A stretch of 63,956 bases of DNA, the filler included, from Hausera hauseri (taxonomy: Eukaryota): NCBI GenBank assembly GCA_046269625.1. It is 12 parts of 12 records of this genome, joined end to end, with 100 filler letters (N's around TTAATTAATTAA, not from the genome) between each part and the next. Parts side by side here need not be neighbours in the genome. Positions count along the whole stretch, not along the records: positions 44,516 to 50,071 come from JBJURY010231517.1; positions 50,172 to 54,450 come from JBJURY010661219.1; positions 54,551 to 59,888 come from JBJURY010275730.1; positions 59,989 to 63,956 come from JBJURY010850746.1; 8 more parts are not named here. One strand, written 5' to 3'. This document shows positions 49,841 to 63,956 of the stretch, piece after piece. The notes beneath the pieces are model-generated. The model was not told where the DNA came from and searched no databases. It was given only the letters and a program-made list of their open reading frames with translations. A program made the translations under genes and the position numbers. Each line of letters starts with the position of its first letter. Positions within the stretch are counted from its first letter, which is position 1.

Positions 49841-52627
49841 AAACAACTAAATTAATCCTAATTACTTGTTAGTTGCAGTTCATTTAAAAATGAGTTTGTT
49901 GTGTTCTTAGTAGTAAACTATTGGCTTTAACGCTTCAGTATTTCTGTTGCTTACACACAGTGAAGTAAATCAATTTTATCAGTTTATCAGATAAACAATT
50001 ACCACAACATCAAAATGTACAAGGAGTTCAACTGTCATATGGCTAGTAGGCCAAGAAGAGAATGAACTTAANNNNNNNNNNNNNNNNNNNNNNNNNNNNN
50101 NNNNNNNNNNNNNNNTTAATTAATTAANNNNNNNNNNNNNNNNNNNNNNNNNNNNNNNNNNNNNNNNNNNNGTTATGTTTAAATAAAATAAAAATATAAT
50201 CACAATTAAATGCTTTGATGAAAAGTATTTACAGAAACATTTGTTGTGTAATATGTAGAGAATTTATTTCCACACATTTAAGTGTATAAAGCAATAAAAA
50301 AAGAAGCAAAAAGAATCAAACATAATCATTCAAGTTGCTATGTATTTGAAAGATAAAGTGAAAAAAAAAGATTGAGGTAAACTATCACATTCAAATTTAT
50401 TCAGTGCATTAAAACACTAAAAACATTTGATACAGTGTAATATTTCACATTAACATGGCGAGTTAAAACCAACAATTCAAGTTAAACAAGTTCATTCATC
50501 ACAAGTTGTACTTCACTTGTTTTACTTGTGACAATCAGTTCAAGCACACATAAAATGTAAAATTTTAATTTTAAATCTGCTACAATAATTGATGACGAGC
50601 AATTGTTCAATGCCACACTCCGTCTGGGCTACCGGAATAATAATTTCAAAAATCAAACCTTGCAGCTTGTGCAAGTTCATATAATTACTCTCGGAAGTAT
50701 GAATTAAAATTATTTTGGCCCAATCCTCATAGCAGCCCAGTATTGATGGATTTTCATTCCTTAAATTGGACAATTAGCTTTGGTTCCAAAAAATGCCATT
50801 CACCGTCACCAAAGGAAATTCGCAAACCTCAAATTAAATTGGGCAATTAGTTTTGGAATTTCCAAAAAAGGCCCGAAATCATTGTCAAACGAAATTTAAA
50901 AATTTTCTGAAATTTCGAAATCCAAATTAATTTAATTTTCAAAATTGGACAGTATCAAAGCTGTCGCTTTACTGTTGCAAACACAAATAATCAGTAATCT
51001 CTGCGATTTGAACGCTGAAGAAGTTTTATTGACGAATTCATTCTATCCGGTGTTTAATTCCAACAGTGAACCCATTGTTGTCTAAATCTAACTAATAGCT
51101 ATTCAGCGTATCTAACCGAGATCCAAAGAAAGCAGAGTTAATCAAATTAAAATTCTTTCAAAAAGAAAGCAGACAGTGCTATAATTAACTCGACGTATTA
51201 AGTTGGTATAACATTTGAAACTAACGTGTGACGAGACTTACGAAATGTTGATTATAACCGAACGACAGTCTACATAACAATTCTTCATGGACCGACAAGA
51301 AAATATTACGCATGAGGCTGGATCTGATGCAGCAGGTATAAGTTCTTTATGAATGATAGAATAGATAATAAAACTTTTACATGCCTTTAATTTCTATTAA
51401 ATAACATAACCTCAGGCAGCTTTTCCTTTATTACCAATTTAAACTTAATAATTTTTTGGTTAGAAATTGATGGATTTTAAGTGTTTGGTCATTCACAGAT
51501 TAAGATATGAAAATGTTTCAGATTTACATTAGACTCCTCGAGTTAAATGATTTGTTGATATTACATGTTTCGATCAAAGTTACTGATCGGTAATTTATGA
51601 TATTAGAATAATATTATGAGTGCTAAGTCATGCATAAAATTACATGTATATGCTTAAAATTATTGGGGTTGTACTCAATTCCTTCAGTTGACTGGTGATA
51701 ACTGATGACCGGTTCTGATTAACAGTTGATTAACCCTTAAAAGTATTTAACATAAAATATTGCAGAATTGAATGTGTTATAACTTCCTTAAATCATTTCA
51801 GTTAACTAAATATTTGGTATAATCAAATGGATGTTGCAGACTGATAAGGATGATGCAAAGTTGTGGAGGAATTTATACAGGTAGTCCAAATCGAATTGGC
51901 TAAGAGGCGCAGGTGATTCGCTTCACCGAACATCCAAGAACTTGCGACCTAGATGATTTAGGATAATGGAACGATTTTCTGAATGATGATTATTTGCAAA
52001 TGGTGGTGGATTAAAATTCAATTAACCTTTCTTCTATTCCACATCATCGTCGTCATCATTGTCGTTTTATGAATAATATCCCACGCTGAAGTCCAAATAA
52101 CCATTGTCATCACCATTTCATTCTATATTGACCTTATCATCCTCGTTGACATCGATCTCTTCACCACTGTCATTGGTCTCAATATTGAATAAAATATTAT
52201 TGACCCGTAACTTTGATAATCGTTTCGGCTTTTGCATCTGAAACAAAAAATACAGTTTATTTTCCACATATTTCCGCATAAAAGCAAACAATATCATTGC
52301 AACGGAACGTAAATAAACACATGCATTCCAGGAAAGCCCGGTGATGCTTATCAGCAACACTGAAATTTTTTATCATCAGTAGTCAATGCTGGACCGATGT
52401 ATCAGGTTTTCTGCACCAATGTTGTTTCATGTGTTTGGGTACAACTATGCCAATTTCAGTAAGGTATCAACATATTTACAGAGGTACAATCATGTGCATG
52501 AATTTGAGACCACGGTTGCTTTTTCCATATTTTTTGTATTACGTGCTGTTTGGTCATCAAATTTGGAAAATTCATGATAAATGAAATTTCACGATAAAAA
52601 TTGTTTTTGATAATTTTTTATGCTGTA

Positions 52628-54059
52628 CAGTTTACGTAAATATGTTGAATGAAAAACAATGCTTTGTCATATTACAAATTTGAATATTTTTATTTACGCA
52701 AACAATTGTCTGTAGCAGTTATTTAATTTATACAGACTTGTGAGTATCATGTACAGAACAAGCATTGCTACTGTAAGCCATTTTTTACCGAATTTCGGGT
52801 TTTGTCAATGTTTTAAATTGATTGTGTTTTACAAAATATATACAAATTCTGTTTACAGCTCTGTATTGTAATTGATTGTGCATAATCTTGATTTTGTCAC
52901 CAATAGGTAAACGTCAGAGTCTGTCTCCAATAAGGCGTGTTCTGAAGGATAGTAGAATGAATGAAAGACAGATTGCAAATTAACTCTCCATCTCAAAGAC
53001 GACTGTTCATGTTGCATTGGTGAAGTTTTCCGTAGATCAATCTTAGCGGGATTTTGTTAGGCCAGGTCGTTTAAAGAAAACATCCAGGACTGATGACGGT
53101 GTTATCCGACGAGGAACTGTCAAAAACCCTCATATCAGTGCAGGAGAGATCACAAATATATTAAAAGCTTCAGGTGTTGAAGTAAGCAGATCAACAATTA
53201 GTAGACGATTAAAATCAATGGATCTTTCCGCTTACAAGCCTGCTAAGAAGCTTTTGTCATCAGCTCCTATGAAGAAAAGACTGCAGTTTGCAATTCAGCA
53301 TCGTCATTGGACTATGAAAGGTTAGGAAAAAGTTATGTGGCCAGATGAGTGTTCTGTTGTGTTTGGAAATCGTGCTACTCATCTTAAGCGACCATATGGA
53401 GCTCGCTTTGAACGCTACACTGTCCCAACAATTAAACATCCGCCATCAGTAATGGTATCAGTGGATTTGGTCGTGGACTATTGGAAATTCTCGACAAAAA
53501 TGTCCGCATGAATTCAAAAATTTATACAGATGTACTTGAAAATAAACTACCATTGTTTATGAATAATCATCAGTGTGATGTTTTTATGCAAGATTCTGTC
53601 ATCTGGCGCAGACATGTCTCCAATGGTTTCGGTCAAAAAACATTAGGCTTTTGGATTGTCTAGGAAACCCACCGGACAGCAATCCGATAGAGAACATCTG
53701 GACTGTTTTAAAGGATAAAATATCTGAAAAATGTCCAACACCAATTCCTGAACTATGCGATGCAGTTAAAAAGGTGTGGGTAACCGAAATTACTGACAAA
53801 CCTTGTCAAGATTGTGTATTCTCAATGCCAAAGCGAATTGAAGCCATAATCGCTACAAAGGGAGGACTAACAAAATATTAGTATGCTGTTTTTTATTGTA
53901 TATTATCAGCTAATGTAATATATCAATCATGTTTTACGCAATCACATAAATTCTTTGATGTTATTTTTTACTTTTATCGCAAAATTAAAAAATTAAATTC
54001 AAAACGTTTTATAAAAGTGTAATAAATATTAGGTGGTCTTAAATTTACGCACATAACTG
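52628..54059 (+). mobile_element. Tc1/mariner DNA transposon, decayed
   Basis: The right end is ...TTTACGCACATAACTG|TA and the degenerate left end is TA|CAGTTTACGTAAAT. The transposase remnant at ~52930-53881 has RPGR.KKT, KRLQFA..H.HW, WPDE, FMQD, PDSNPIENIW and KGGLTKY. Confidence 0.88.
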
Positions 54060-55018
54060 TATTTATTTTTATCATTATTAGTAATAATTAATATTATTAA
54101 AATAAATAATTTTGTCTTATATTCATTGTTGGGATATTCTAGTATATACGAATATTTACACACTTTATATTCGATTTGTTTCCAAAATATTTGAATTCAG
54201 TTTGACAATTGATAAAAGAAATCAATATGACTTACTGTACAAGAGTCATAAACTCAGTGATATGAAATTCTACTACATCGTTTTCAACTTACATTTTTTA
54301 ATGAATGATGCTTTTATAGCTGACATACACCTGTAAATTACAAAAGCAGTGCATTTTTAATAGTAACTATATCATTTGAAGTCCTTAATAATAGATCATT
54401 AAAAAGAACTAGATCAAAAGTCGTTGCATGTGTTTATCTCCGCCGGTGTGNNNNNNNNNNNNNNNNNNNNNNNNNNNNNNNNNNNNNNNNNNNNTTAATT
54501 AATTAANNNNNNNNNNNNNNNNNNNNNNNNNNNNNNNNNNNNNNNNNNNNTCGAACTATTTGAAAAATCTAACAGCAGGAATCGATTCCTCATATTCGAA
54601 AACCCTCTTATACATAAAAATTATTCCATGAAAATGTACTATATAGGTACAAATCAATATTTCTAATTAAGAAAATGTGCATTTAAAGTCCAGTGAAGCG
54701 GAAATCAATAAATCTAATAGCGGGGCTTGATAGGAAGACATATATGCTGAATCGGAATATAGCATCAGGTATTCGAATTCGAGCTCACAAGTCGAATACT
54801 TAGCAATTCGAACTCGAATATTCGGTCAAGCATGCATTATTCGAAGAATCTGATCACTCCATTCGATTCTCCATGGTCGAAATCCTTAAATTTGGCACCG
54901 CTACGTATTTAATTTAATTGATTCATTAAAACAAAAGTCCATTAAAACCGATCAATAAGCGGGTCAGTGTATGGTGATATGGCAATATATTTCATTATTT
55001 CCAAAATCACTTCAACGA

Positions 55019-58000
55019 ATGGTAAGTTTTTTAATTGTCCTCCTCAAATAATTGATTGATTTTTAGATGTGCAAATTCTACAGCGAATGTTTGGCTCACA
55101 TGATTAAGCCTGAAAATTGCCACAGTATTATGAAGAAGTATTTCAGCCATATGTACAACAGGATTCAGTATTATATATGCCTACATGTGAGATAGTGTAC
55201 CAATCTAATTATGAAGACTTCTACAATGCCCATAAGCAGCACTTGATTTCCTTTACCAAGTCAAAAAACAAATATTTAGTACCAATATGCCAGTAACGAC
55301 TTTCATGCCAAAGAAAAATCGAGGGTGTAGTTCATATGTGTAATGCACATGTGCAATACACAGCCCTCAGAATTGCCACAATACCATGAGGAGCTATTAT
55401 GGTCACAATTCAATAGGACCATTTATTATATCTGCCCAGGATGTGAGGCTGAATGTGATGAAGAATACATACAGTTTTATGAAGATCACAAACATAATTT
55501 AACTGACTTCGCATCAAAGTCAAAGAAGATCATGTTTAATGAACATAAGCCTGCAATACAGCATGTAGTACCACAGCCTGCAGTACTACAGCCTGCAGTA
55601 CTACAGCCTGCAGTACAGCCAGGTGCGGGACTAAAACGCATATCAGGCGCATAAGGCGTAGAGGCTCCAACAAAATATCAAAGACTGTGGCCAATTGATG
55701 CTACAACATTAAAGAGGAAATACCCCAAATGTGTCATTGATGCAACTGGCCAAATAACCATCAAGGAGTTCTTAGAATACACAAAGGAAAAAACAGAGGG
55801 GATTCTTCAGGACAACATGACTGAACTCAAAGCCTTTAAAGTCAATATGAAACTTGATGCCACATGCGTCAATGTTGATAGCAAAGAGACCAGAAATAGA
55901 CCCGTATTGAAAAACACCAATATAGTGGAATGGCTTAATGAAAAACATGGGAAGCTGATCCGTGAGGACGATGATAGCCAGGATACGAAGAATGGATGGA
56001 CTCTATCAATCACCGAGAGATTGCTTGTGTATGTGCACAAGTACTCGCCCATGCGGGCAGCTCCTATATACGGCTTCCGGCATGCATCAATGTTCTTAAT
56101 GATGACATCAAGTGTTTCATGTATGCCATTTTATATAAACTCGTACGGGATCAAAAACATACCGCATATCGAGTTTGGCTATATAAGGATGAGCTGAACA
56201 ACTACGACTTCCAGTGTATCACATTCCCGCAATCCATAGATGAGATCAAGAAGTTCAGTCAAACCAACAATATATCAGTCAACATCTTTAGATTGGATGA
56301 GGAAGATAAATTATATCCCCTGCAGATATGCGATGTTGAATGGGAAGATCATAGGGATCTGCTCCTACTAGGCAATGGTGAAAAGAGTCATGTCATCTGG
56401 ATAAAGAATTTTGAGCGTCTAGTCAGATCCCAAATTACGAAACATATGGAAAGAATCGAAATATATAAACGAAACTTGTCTTATTTCAGCAGCAAGTTAG
56501 TTGTGGAGAAGCTTGCAGAGCACAAGATGTACTGCAACAACAATTACTGTATCAGACCAGAATTTCCCAAGGAGGACTACATTGAATTGAAGGAGTTCGA
56601 AAAAAAAATCAAGTTCCCAATATTGCGACTTTGAGGCTATTCTGCGTCCAGTTCAGACATGCAGTCCCAGTCCTCAACATAGCAACACAACGGCATACCA
56701 GTATCATGAACTCTCATCATATTGCATGTATGCCAAAGAACGTGATAGTAAACCATTCCTATACAGAAGTCCATGCGCAGCCGCACATTTCATGAAACGA
56801 CTTGAAGACATGGCTCATAGGCTTGAAAACATGCTTCAGAAGCATAAGGATAATATGAGCATGTCGAAGCAGCAAGAAGAAGAATGGCGCAAGGCAACAA
56901 CATGTTACTTCTGCGACAAGTCATTCACCATGGAAAATTAGAAAGTCAAGGATGATTGCCATTTTACAGGCAAATATCAAGGTGCAGCGTGACATAACTG
57001 CAATCTTCGTTGCAAAACATGCACATATATTCCGGTAGTGATCCACAATCTCAGTGGCTATGATTCCCACTTCACAGTCCGAGAGTTAGGCAACTTTGAT
57101 TGTAATATAGATGTCATTCCAAGTAGTAAGGAAAAATACATCACATTTACTAAACATGTTGGAAGAATCAGGCTTTGCTTCATAGACGGTTTTCGTTTCA
57201 TGTAGTCTTCAATGGATAGTTTAGTGAAAAACCTCCCACTGCATTTGACCTAGTTAAAAGGAAAGGCGTGTTTCCCTATGACTACATAACCTCATGGGAA
57301 ACATTGGATGAGACCTCATTACCACCTAAGGATGGCTTTTATAGCCAGTTGTCGGACTGTGATATCAATGATGAGGACTAGCAGCATGCTCAAAACGTCT
57401 GTCAGGCATTCCAGTGCCGCACAATAGGGGAATACAGCGACATATACCTCAAGTTGGACGTACTGCTTCTGACAGATGTTTTGAGAGCTTCAGGGATGTT
57501 ACAATGAAGAGCCATTCTTTGGATAGGCTCATTTCTTTACGGCTCCAGGGGTGAGTTTGGCAGCTATGCTGAGATATACCGGCATAAGGCTGTAGATCAT
57601 TAAGGATTATGATATGATCCTTATGATCAAGAAAGGCATTAGAGTCGGAATATACCAGGCCACTCACCGGTATAGCGAGGCCAACAACAAGTATATGGCC
57701 GAGTATGACCCATCCAAAGAATCCTCATACATATCATACCTGGATGCCAACAACTTTTATGGATAGGCAATGAGCGCCCATTGCTGTATGATAAATTCAA
57801 ATGGATCGAGAATCCTGATGACATCCATATATTGGACCTAGATCCCGCTGGAGATACCGGCTACATACTGGATGTGAACATGGAATATCTGGTTGCCATC
57901 CACGCAAGGCATCAACAGCTGCCTTTCCTCCCTGAGAGCAGGCCTCCGAACCATGGAAAGCATAGAAAGCTGCTCTGCCATCTGGGCAATAGGGAGAGGT

Positions 58001-58916
58001 ATGTAGTTCACCACATCAATCTCCAGCATGCAGTTAGACATAGACTTCGTATCACAAAGATCCATAGAGCCCTCCAGTTCAGCAAGTCCATGTGGCTGCA
58101 GCCCTACATAGATCTTAATACCAAGCTGCGGACTAATGCCAAGTACAATTTTCAGAAGAACCAGTTCAAGCTTTACAACAACTCGATCTTTGGCAAGACA
58201 ATGGAAAATATGCGCAACAGTATCAACATCGAGCTAGTATGTTACAGGAAGCGGGCAAAGGATCTCATTGCCAAGCCTAACTTCCACATCAGCATCATAT
58301 ATACGGAGAACTTAGTCAGCATCCATATGCTGAAAACATCCTTGGTGTTTAGCAAGTCCATATATATGTATGGCAATACTGGACCTATCAAAGACCTTGA
58401 TGTATCATTTCCACTACGACATTATGGTCCCCAAGTTCAAGTCCATGCAGCTCATGTATATGGATACTGATAGTTTCATCTATAAGATCCATACAGAGGA
58501 CTTTGCCCAATTGGCTCAGCACATTGATACCTCGGACTATCCGAATGATCACCCAAATTATTCAGTTGCCAACAAGAAAGCCCTTGGGAAATTCAAAGAC
58601 GAGGTGAATGGATCAATAATATCAAGATTTGTGGCTCTGAGATCTAAAATGTATGCCCTAAACGTATGTGGCCAGGTAAAGAAGCAGACAAAAGGGGTTC
58701 AAAGGGCTACATTGACCAAGAAGATCAGTTCTGAAGACTATGTGACAGTACTGCATGAGCAGACTCACATCATTTCAGAGATGAGACGGATCCAATCTAG
58801 GGATCATAATACCTATGCAGTAACTCTGCATAAGAAAAGTTTAGATTGGATGTATGACAAGAGGCAGATCTTCAGCGATGGAATACACACTACCTCATGG
58901 ACATGTGGAATTGTAA
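55019..58916 (+). pseudogene. Polinton pPolB polyprotein gene, decayed (same family as 39444-43452)
   Basis: Colinear with the 38641-44415 contig: Cys/His repeats, QPAVL linker, DDIKCF, DFEAIL, HNLSGYDSHF, YLDANNFYG, KLYNNSIFGKTMEN, YMDTDS. Confidence 0.95.
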
Positions 58917-59089
58917 ATATTGTTATTCTTTGTTCAATAAATGTTGTATAGAAATATCGTGTTGTCTTCTTGATCAAGTAATGTGGGATATAGGATAAGG
59001 CCAACTAATTTCATAACACATTTATTTAATGACAACATAACTTTTACATAACGCTAAACACTTTTATAGTGTGTGTGTGTGTGTGTTTG

Positions 59090-59520
59090 TCTGTGCTTGT
59101 AAAATGTAGGTAACCTGAGAAAAGGTATATCCCAGATATACGTCAATATGTTTGTGCATGTAAAATTTAAGTAACTTGAGAAATGAATGATTAAAATATA
59201 TGGCGTGTGCTTGTGTGAATGTACATGTCTCTGCATGTAAAGTGCAACTAACCTGAGAAAAAGGTATATCTCAGGTATATGTCTTTATGCTTCTGCTTGT
59301 ACTTGTCTGTGCATGTAAAATGTAAGTAACTTGAGAAATTAATGATTAAAATATATGGTGTTCACGTTATGTATGTGCTTGTAAAGTGCAACTAACCTGA
59401 GAAAAGGTATATCTCAGGTATATGTCTGTGTTTGCCTGTTTGGGTGTATGTAAAATGCAACTAACTTGGGAAAATGTATAACTCAGATATATGCCTGTAT
59501 GCTTGAGCATGTATAAAATA
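59090..59520. repeat. Subterminal tandem repeats containing hairpins
   Basis: Units GTAAA(G/A)TGCAACTAACCTGAGAAAAGGTATATCTCAGGTATATG (inverted arms ACCTGAGA/TCTCAGGT) alternate with GTAAAAT.TAAGTAACTTGAGAAAT.AATGATTAAAATATATGG. Confidence 0.85.
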
Positions 59521-59672
59521 CAAGTAATATTCAGCTAATATGAGTAATATGCTGGTAATATAGATTGGGTAATATATGGACAATTTAGGTAAAATATAAG
59601 ATAGATGATTATATGAGATATATCAGTAATTATTCAATAAATCAATACAATGCGCCGTTAGAAATACACTCG

Positions 59673-59795
59673 ATTGATTTAAATTCCAATTGCACATTCA
59701 CATAGTGCACCGTATTTCCAATCGATTGCACCCAGTCACATGTCCTAATCATCAATATTGGAAATATCGGAAAACCTATATTATTCATTTTTGCA
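59673..59795 (-). repeat. Part of the right terminal inverted repeat of the Polinton family
   Basis: Reverse-complement homologue of 38641-38763. Confidence 0.7.
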
Positions 59796-60987
59796 CACTT
59801 GCACATGTGCAGCGCACCTGCACAGTATATATCAAGGTGCATCTCGATGTACTCTATCTATCTTCACTTGAGCTCAATCGATTCCATCNNNNNNNNNNNN
59901 NNNNNNNNNNNNNNNNNNNNNNNNNNNNNNNNTTAATTAATTAANNNNNNNNNNNNNNNNNNNNNNNNNNNNNNNNNNNNNNNNNNNNCAGCTAGACCAA
60001 ATGTAAAACAACTTAAATATATTGGTTAATTCAAACCATAAACTAAAACTAGAATTCACAGTTAATACAGATGTATAACGCCATTGATTCGAGAGCTCCC
60101 ACCACCTTCATTCTTAATCAAATGAGTTCTTCACATTTTGGGGATACTTCCCTTAGGATTGTTACAGTTCTGTTTGTCTCTATCTTTTCTCAGATGTAGC
60201 ATTTATAGTGGATCAGTTTACATGTGAGATGATACTAAAGTCATTTTTGTACGTCTTTACACACAATTATGTATCTTTATAAAGCTGCATGTAGGGAAGA
60301 ATGAATGAGACCGTGCAATTAAAAAGAGCTGCAGACATCATGCACTGCTTTTAAAGCTATGTGATACATAGCCTGTATGATTCGAATATTATTTCTATCA
60401 CAATAGTACATTTTAGAAGGCATCTTCTCCCAGTCTAGTAATGAATATTACACGATCATATTTCTTCTGAACTGCTGCTGATCGGGACATGAGAGCAGTG
60501 CAGAGTTTTTATAGCATCAAATGTCAGTATTGTGATGGATGCAAGATATACAGTTACAGTAGTTCTATAGTAGTACAGTTATTACACACCTCTTGCAACA
60601 TGTGTTGCACAAGACGGGTTCATGTGGAGATCCGTGGATGGAGATTGCACACGAAGAGTCATGCACTGATCTCCATTATCCCTTATTACAGTGCAGTTCC
60701 CTTCAGTCACATAGGTCATACTTGCAGCAGTCTTGAGTAATCCCTTTAGCATTTCTCACCCCAGGACATTCCAGTAAGTGCCACTAAAGGTATATCGGTA
60801 ATCAACATATCTATTTAATTCGACAGTTTGAATGCTTTTATAAATAGAACCATCCAGTGTATAGTCAGGACTACACAAACACTTTTCTGGTTACAATATG
60901 GAGTCATGAGTAAAAGCAGAATGTTCGAAAATATTGTTAATAGATAAACAATGAATGTTCTTGTAACAAAAAGCAGCTCGTGTGTAA

Positions 60988-61275
<288 letters not shown>

Positions 61276-61556
61276 TAGTGGAAGCAGCTTGACAAATTTC
61301 CGATCCTGAAGAACACTATAAGACGTTCACAAGGTTCATATTAATCTTTGGGATAATGAGAGCTACGGTTTGAAAAGAAACACCACAAAGGCCGTTTTTT
61401 TCTTTTCCAAGGACATAAATAATTGATCATGACGAAATGTAACATTGCACATATGTGAATATTGTTCTTTAAGTTCTTTATGCTAATGTAATTACACCAA
61501 ATATATTTTGTGGTAAAAATGAAAAGGCTGGTAAGTGTGAATGGAAGAGCTGATAA

Positions 61557-61763
<207 letters not shown>

Positions 61764-62367
61764 TAAACCATATACGTACTATATACACTGTCAAGTCAAA
61801 TTGTTATGACCCGAGTAACTGTGTAAACCAGCACATAAACAGCAGGTAGACAGGCTGGGCGTGACCCAGCAACGTCATGGTAGGTGGTCATATGTGTTTG
61901 GAGCCATGCTGATTACAGTTCATCCCACAGCTATTGGAGAGTGTGTGGGAGAAGATCCATAGAGCAAAAACGATGATTGAGGTGGCCCCACTGTTGTGTA
62001 ATGGTCTGGGGAATGGTAGGGTCAGGGTAGTACTTGGAACTCTTTTCCAGGCATTTGTGGGTAATTAGCTAAAAAAAACACTTAATTATAATCTATGATA
62101 ATAAACATTGTTAGTGCTTTTATTGTTAACAAAGCCAATTGGCCGTACTTGAAGAAGAGAAGGTCAGTCAGGGTTGCTTCCTGCTGCCTCAGCAAAATAT
62201 GATCTCAGGGACTCATCCATGCATGTAAGGGAGTCACATGGAGCGTAGCATTGTTGTGTGTTGGAATTTAATATGGGAGGTGTATGATCTGGCTTTCCTG
62301 GATCAGACTGGGGGCTGTTTTAGGGATCGTGTTCAGAGTGGACCGTTCATGTAATATGAAAGCAAGA

Positions 62368-62515
62368 AGGTCCTGGCTTCAAGCCCTAGGATGGTGGTCT
62401 GTGTCCTCTCTGTAAGGAGTTTGCATGTTCTCCCTCTTACTGTGTAGTTTTACTCCAGGTGCTCCGGTTTCCTCTCACAGTCCAAAAACGTGCAAGTGAG
62501 GTTGATATTGGAGTG
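62368..62515 (+). mobile_element. V-SINE-type remnant (fish)
   Basis: GGAGTTTGCATGTTCTCCC...GGTGCTCCGGTTTCCTC.CACAGTCCAAAAAC is the V-domain core. Confidence 0.75.
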
Positions 62516-62659
62516 CTTGACTGTGCTTGATATAAACTGAATAACTGCCATAATTGTGCCATTAAAATCCTAATTAAAAAATATATATATTTATTTTGCA
62601 TTTGTTTTTGAGAAACATGTCTGACATCACCTAAATGAGTTTTTCTTTACCCTTTTTAA

Positions 62660-62758
<99 letters not shown>

Positions 62759-62965
62759 TGAGTGTTGTGGCATTAGCATCATTAAATGAGATTTGCCCTG
62801 CCAGAAGGAAGTGCAAAACATGGCCCATTTTTCATTTTGCATTGCGCCCAAATTCGGAGACGAGGAAATGGGCCATAATTAAGATCAATAGTTCATTATT
62901 ACAAGCATCAAGCTTACCAGCATGAAGACCTTTAGCTTAAGCCTCTGTGCTCTGTCTCTGTTTAG

Positions 62966-63193
<228 letters not shown>

Positions 63194-63877
63194 TAGCAAA
63201 AAGATTTTGCTACTTTGGCTTCTACTTGTACAAGTGTTCACTTTACTTTCTCATTTTTTTCTTTTTGTTTGGTCATTTTCTTTTCAAATAAATCGACCAT
63301 AAACAAAGAATAAAAAATGAGAAAAGTTAGAAATGTTTTATTTTTTATTCCTTTCAGCTGTTTCCATATTTAGGGCTATGTAGGTTTCTTTCTTTTCTCT
63401 AAGTATTTCCTCCTGTATTTTCTTTATTTTTCTCACAATACAGCAGTCAATCAGACCGCCACTGCTGGGGCTGGTGAAACAAAAGCAGACCCGAGATCCG
63501 AATGGTCGTGTTTAGAATATCAGCACTGGTGTTCAGTAATATCCCGCTGTACCACTCAGATGTCCTTTCTAATGCAATCATCTGGTTTTTAACTGGGCTT
63601 GGAGCAGTAATGACCCATGGTTGTTAGGGGGTTCAAACATAAGTCATAGCCAGTTGTCTACACAGACATTACTGGCTAAGATCAGGGCTGAGATTTGAAC
63701 CCTGAATCCTGGCTATTGTGTGCAAGCACATTTTATAGTTGCACCTCTTGATTTACCCTTTAATGTGAAAAGTAGTAAAACACTTTTTCTCTTCTCTCAA
63801 TGTTGAAATGAGTTCTTTTGGTCAATGAAGTTGGTCTGTTACAGATTTTACCTTTTTGCATTCATTATGGATTAGAG

Positions 63878-63956
63878 ATGGTGGTAGCCTAGTGGGTAGA
63901 GCTTTGGACTATCAACCAGAGATTGGCAGTTCAAGTCCTTGAGCAAGACCCTTAAC
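63878..63956 (+). mobile_element. tRNA-derived SINE 5' part (fish-type)
   Basis: A-box GGTAGCCTAGTGG, B-box GTTCAAGTCC, then TTGAGCAAG.CCCTTAAC. Confidence 0.6.

Noticed and set aside
51730-52360. piggyBac-like remnant (TTAACCCT end and an acidic N-terminus-like frame on the minus strand)
   Set aside because: No matching second TIR or catalytic DDD region is recognisable, so the evidence is too weak.
59090-59520. CRISPR-like array (hairpin repeats with intervening sequence)
   Set aside because: The intervening segments are themselves repetitive, the spacing is irregular, there are no cas genes and the context is eukaryotic.

Overview
This window is not one locus. It is 12 eukaryotic contigs of about 4-9 kb, joined by artificial 100-bp spacers (44 N + TTAATTAATTAA + 44 N). 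Five contigs (17698-22436, 27614-33883, 33984-38540, 38641-44415, 54551-59888) are decayed Polinton/Maverick (adintovirus-like) endogenous virus pieces. Together they carry four protein-primed PolB pseudogenes, an integrase, a packaging ATPase, a pVII-like core protein and a major-capsid fragment. Their accessory genes are unusual: a TBP-fold protein, dUTPase, a DEDD-like nuclease and a RING finger. Three of the PolB genes begin with an unrecognised, tandemly duplicated Cys/His domain. Several viral genes have a short intron right after the start codon. One copy looks like a PolB-only deletion derivative that still has the terminal inverted repeat. The rest comprises two Gypsy LTR retrotransposon bodies, a long LTR with an elongator tRNA-Met primer-binding site, a solo LTR inside a PolB gene, two Tc1 elements, MITE-like palindromes and a 4.4-kb (TTCG)n satellite. 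There is also a CSE1/exportin-2 fragment, the 5' end of a gastropod-type 18S rRNA gene with ETS/IGS, and four exons of a vertebrate (fish-like) EML5 gene. The contigs therefore come from more than one organism. All protein assignments were made by reading motifs by eye; no database searches were run.
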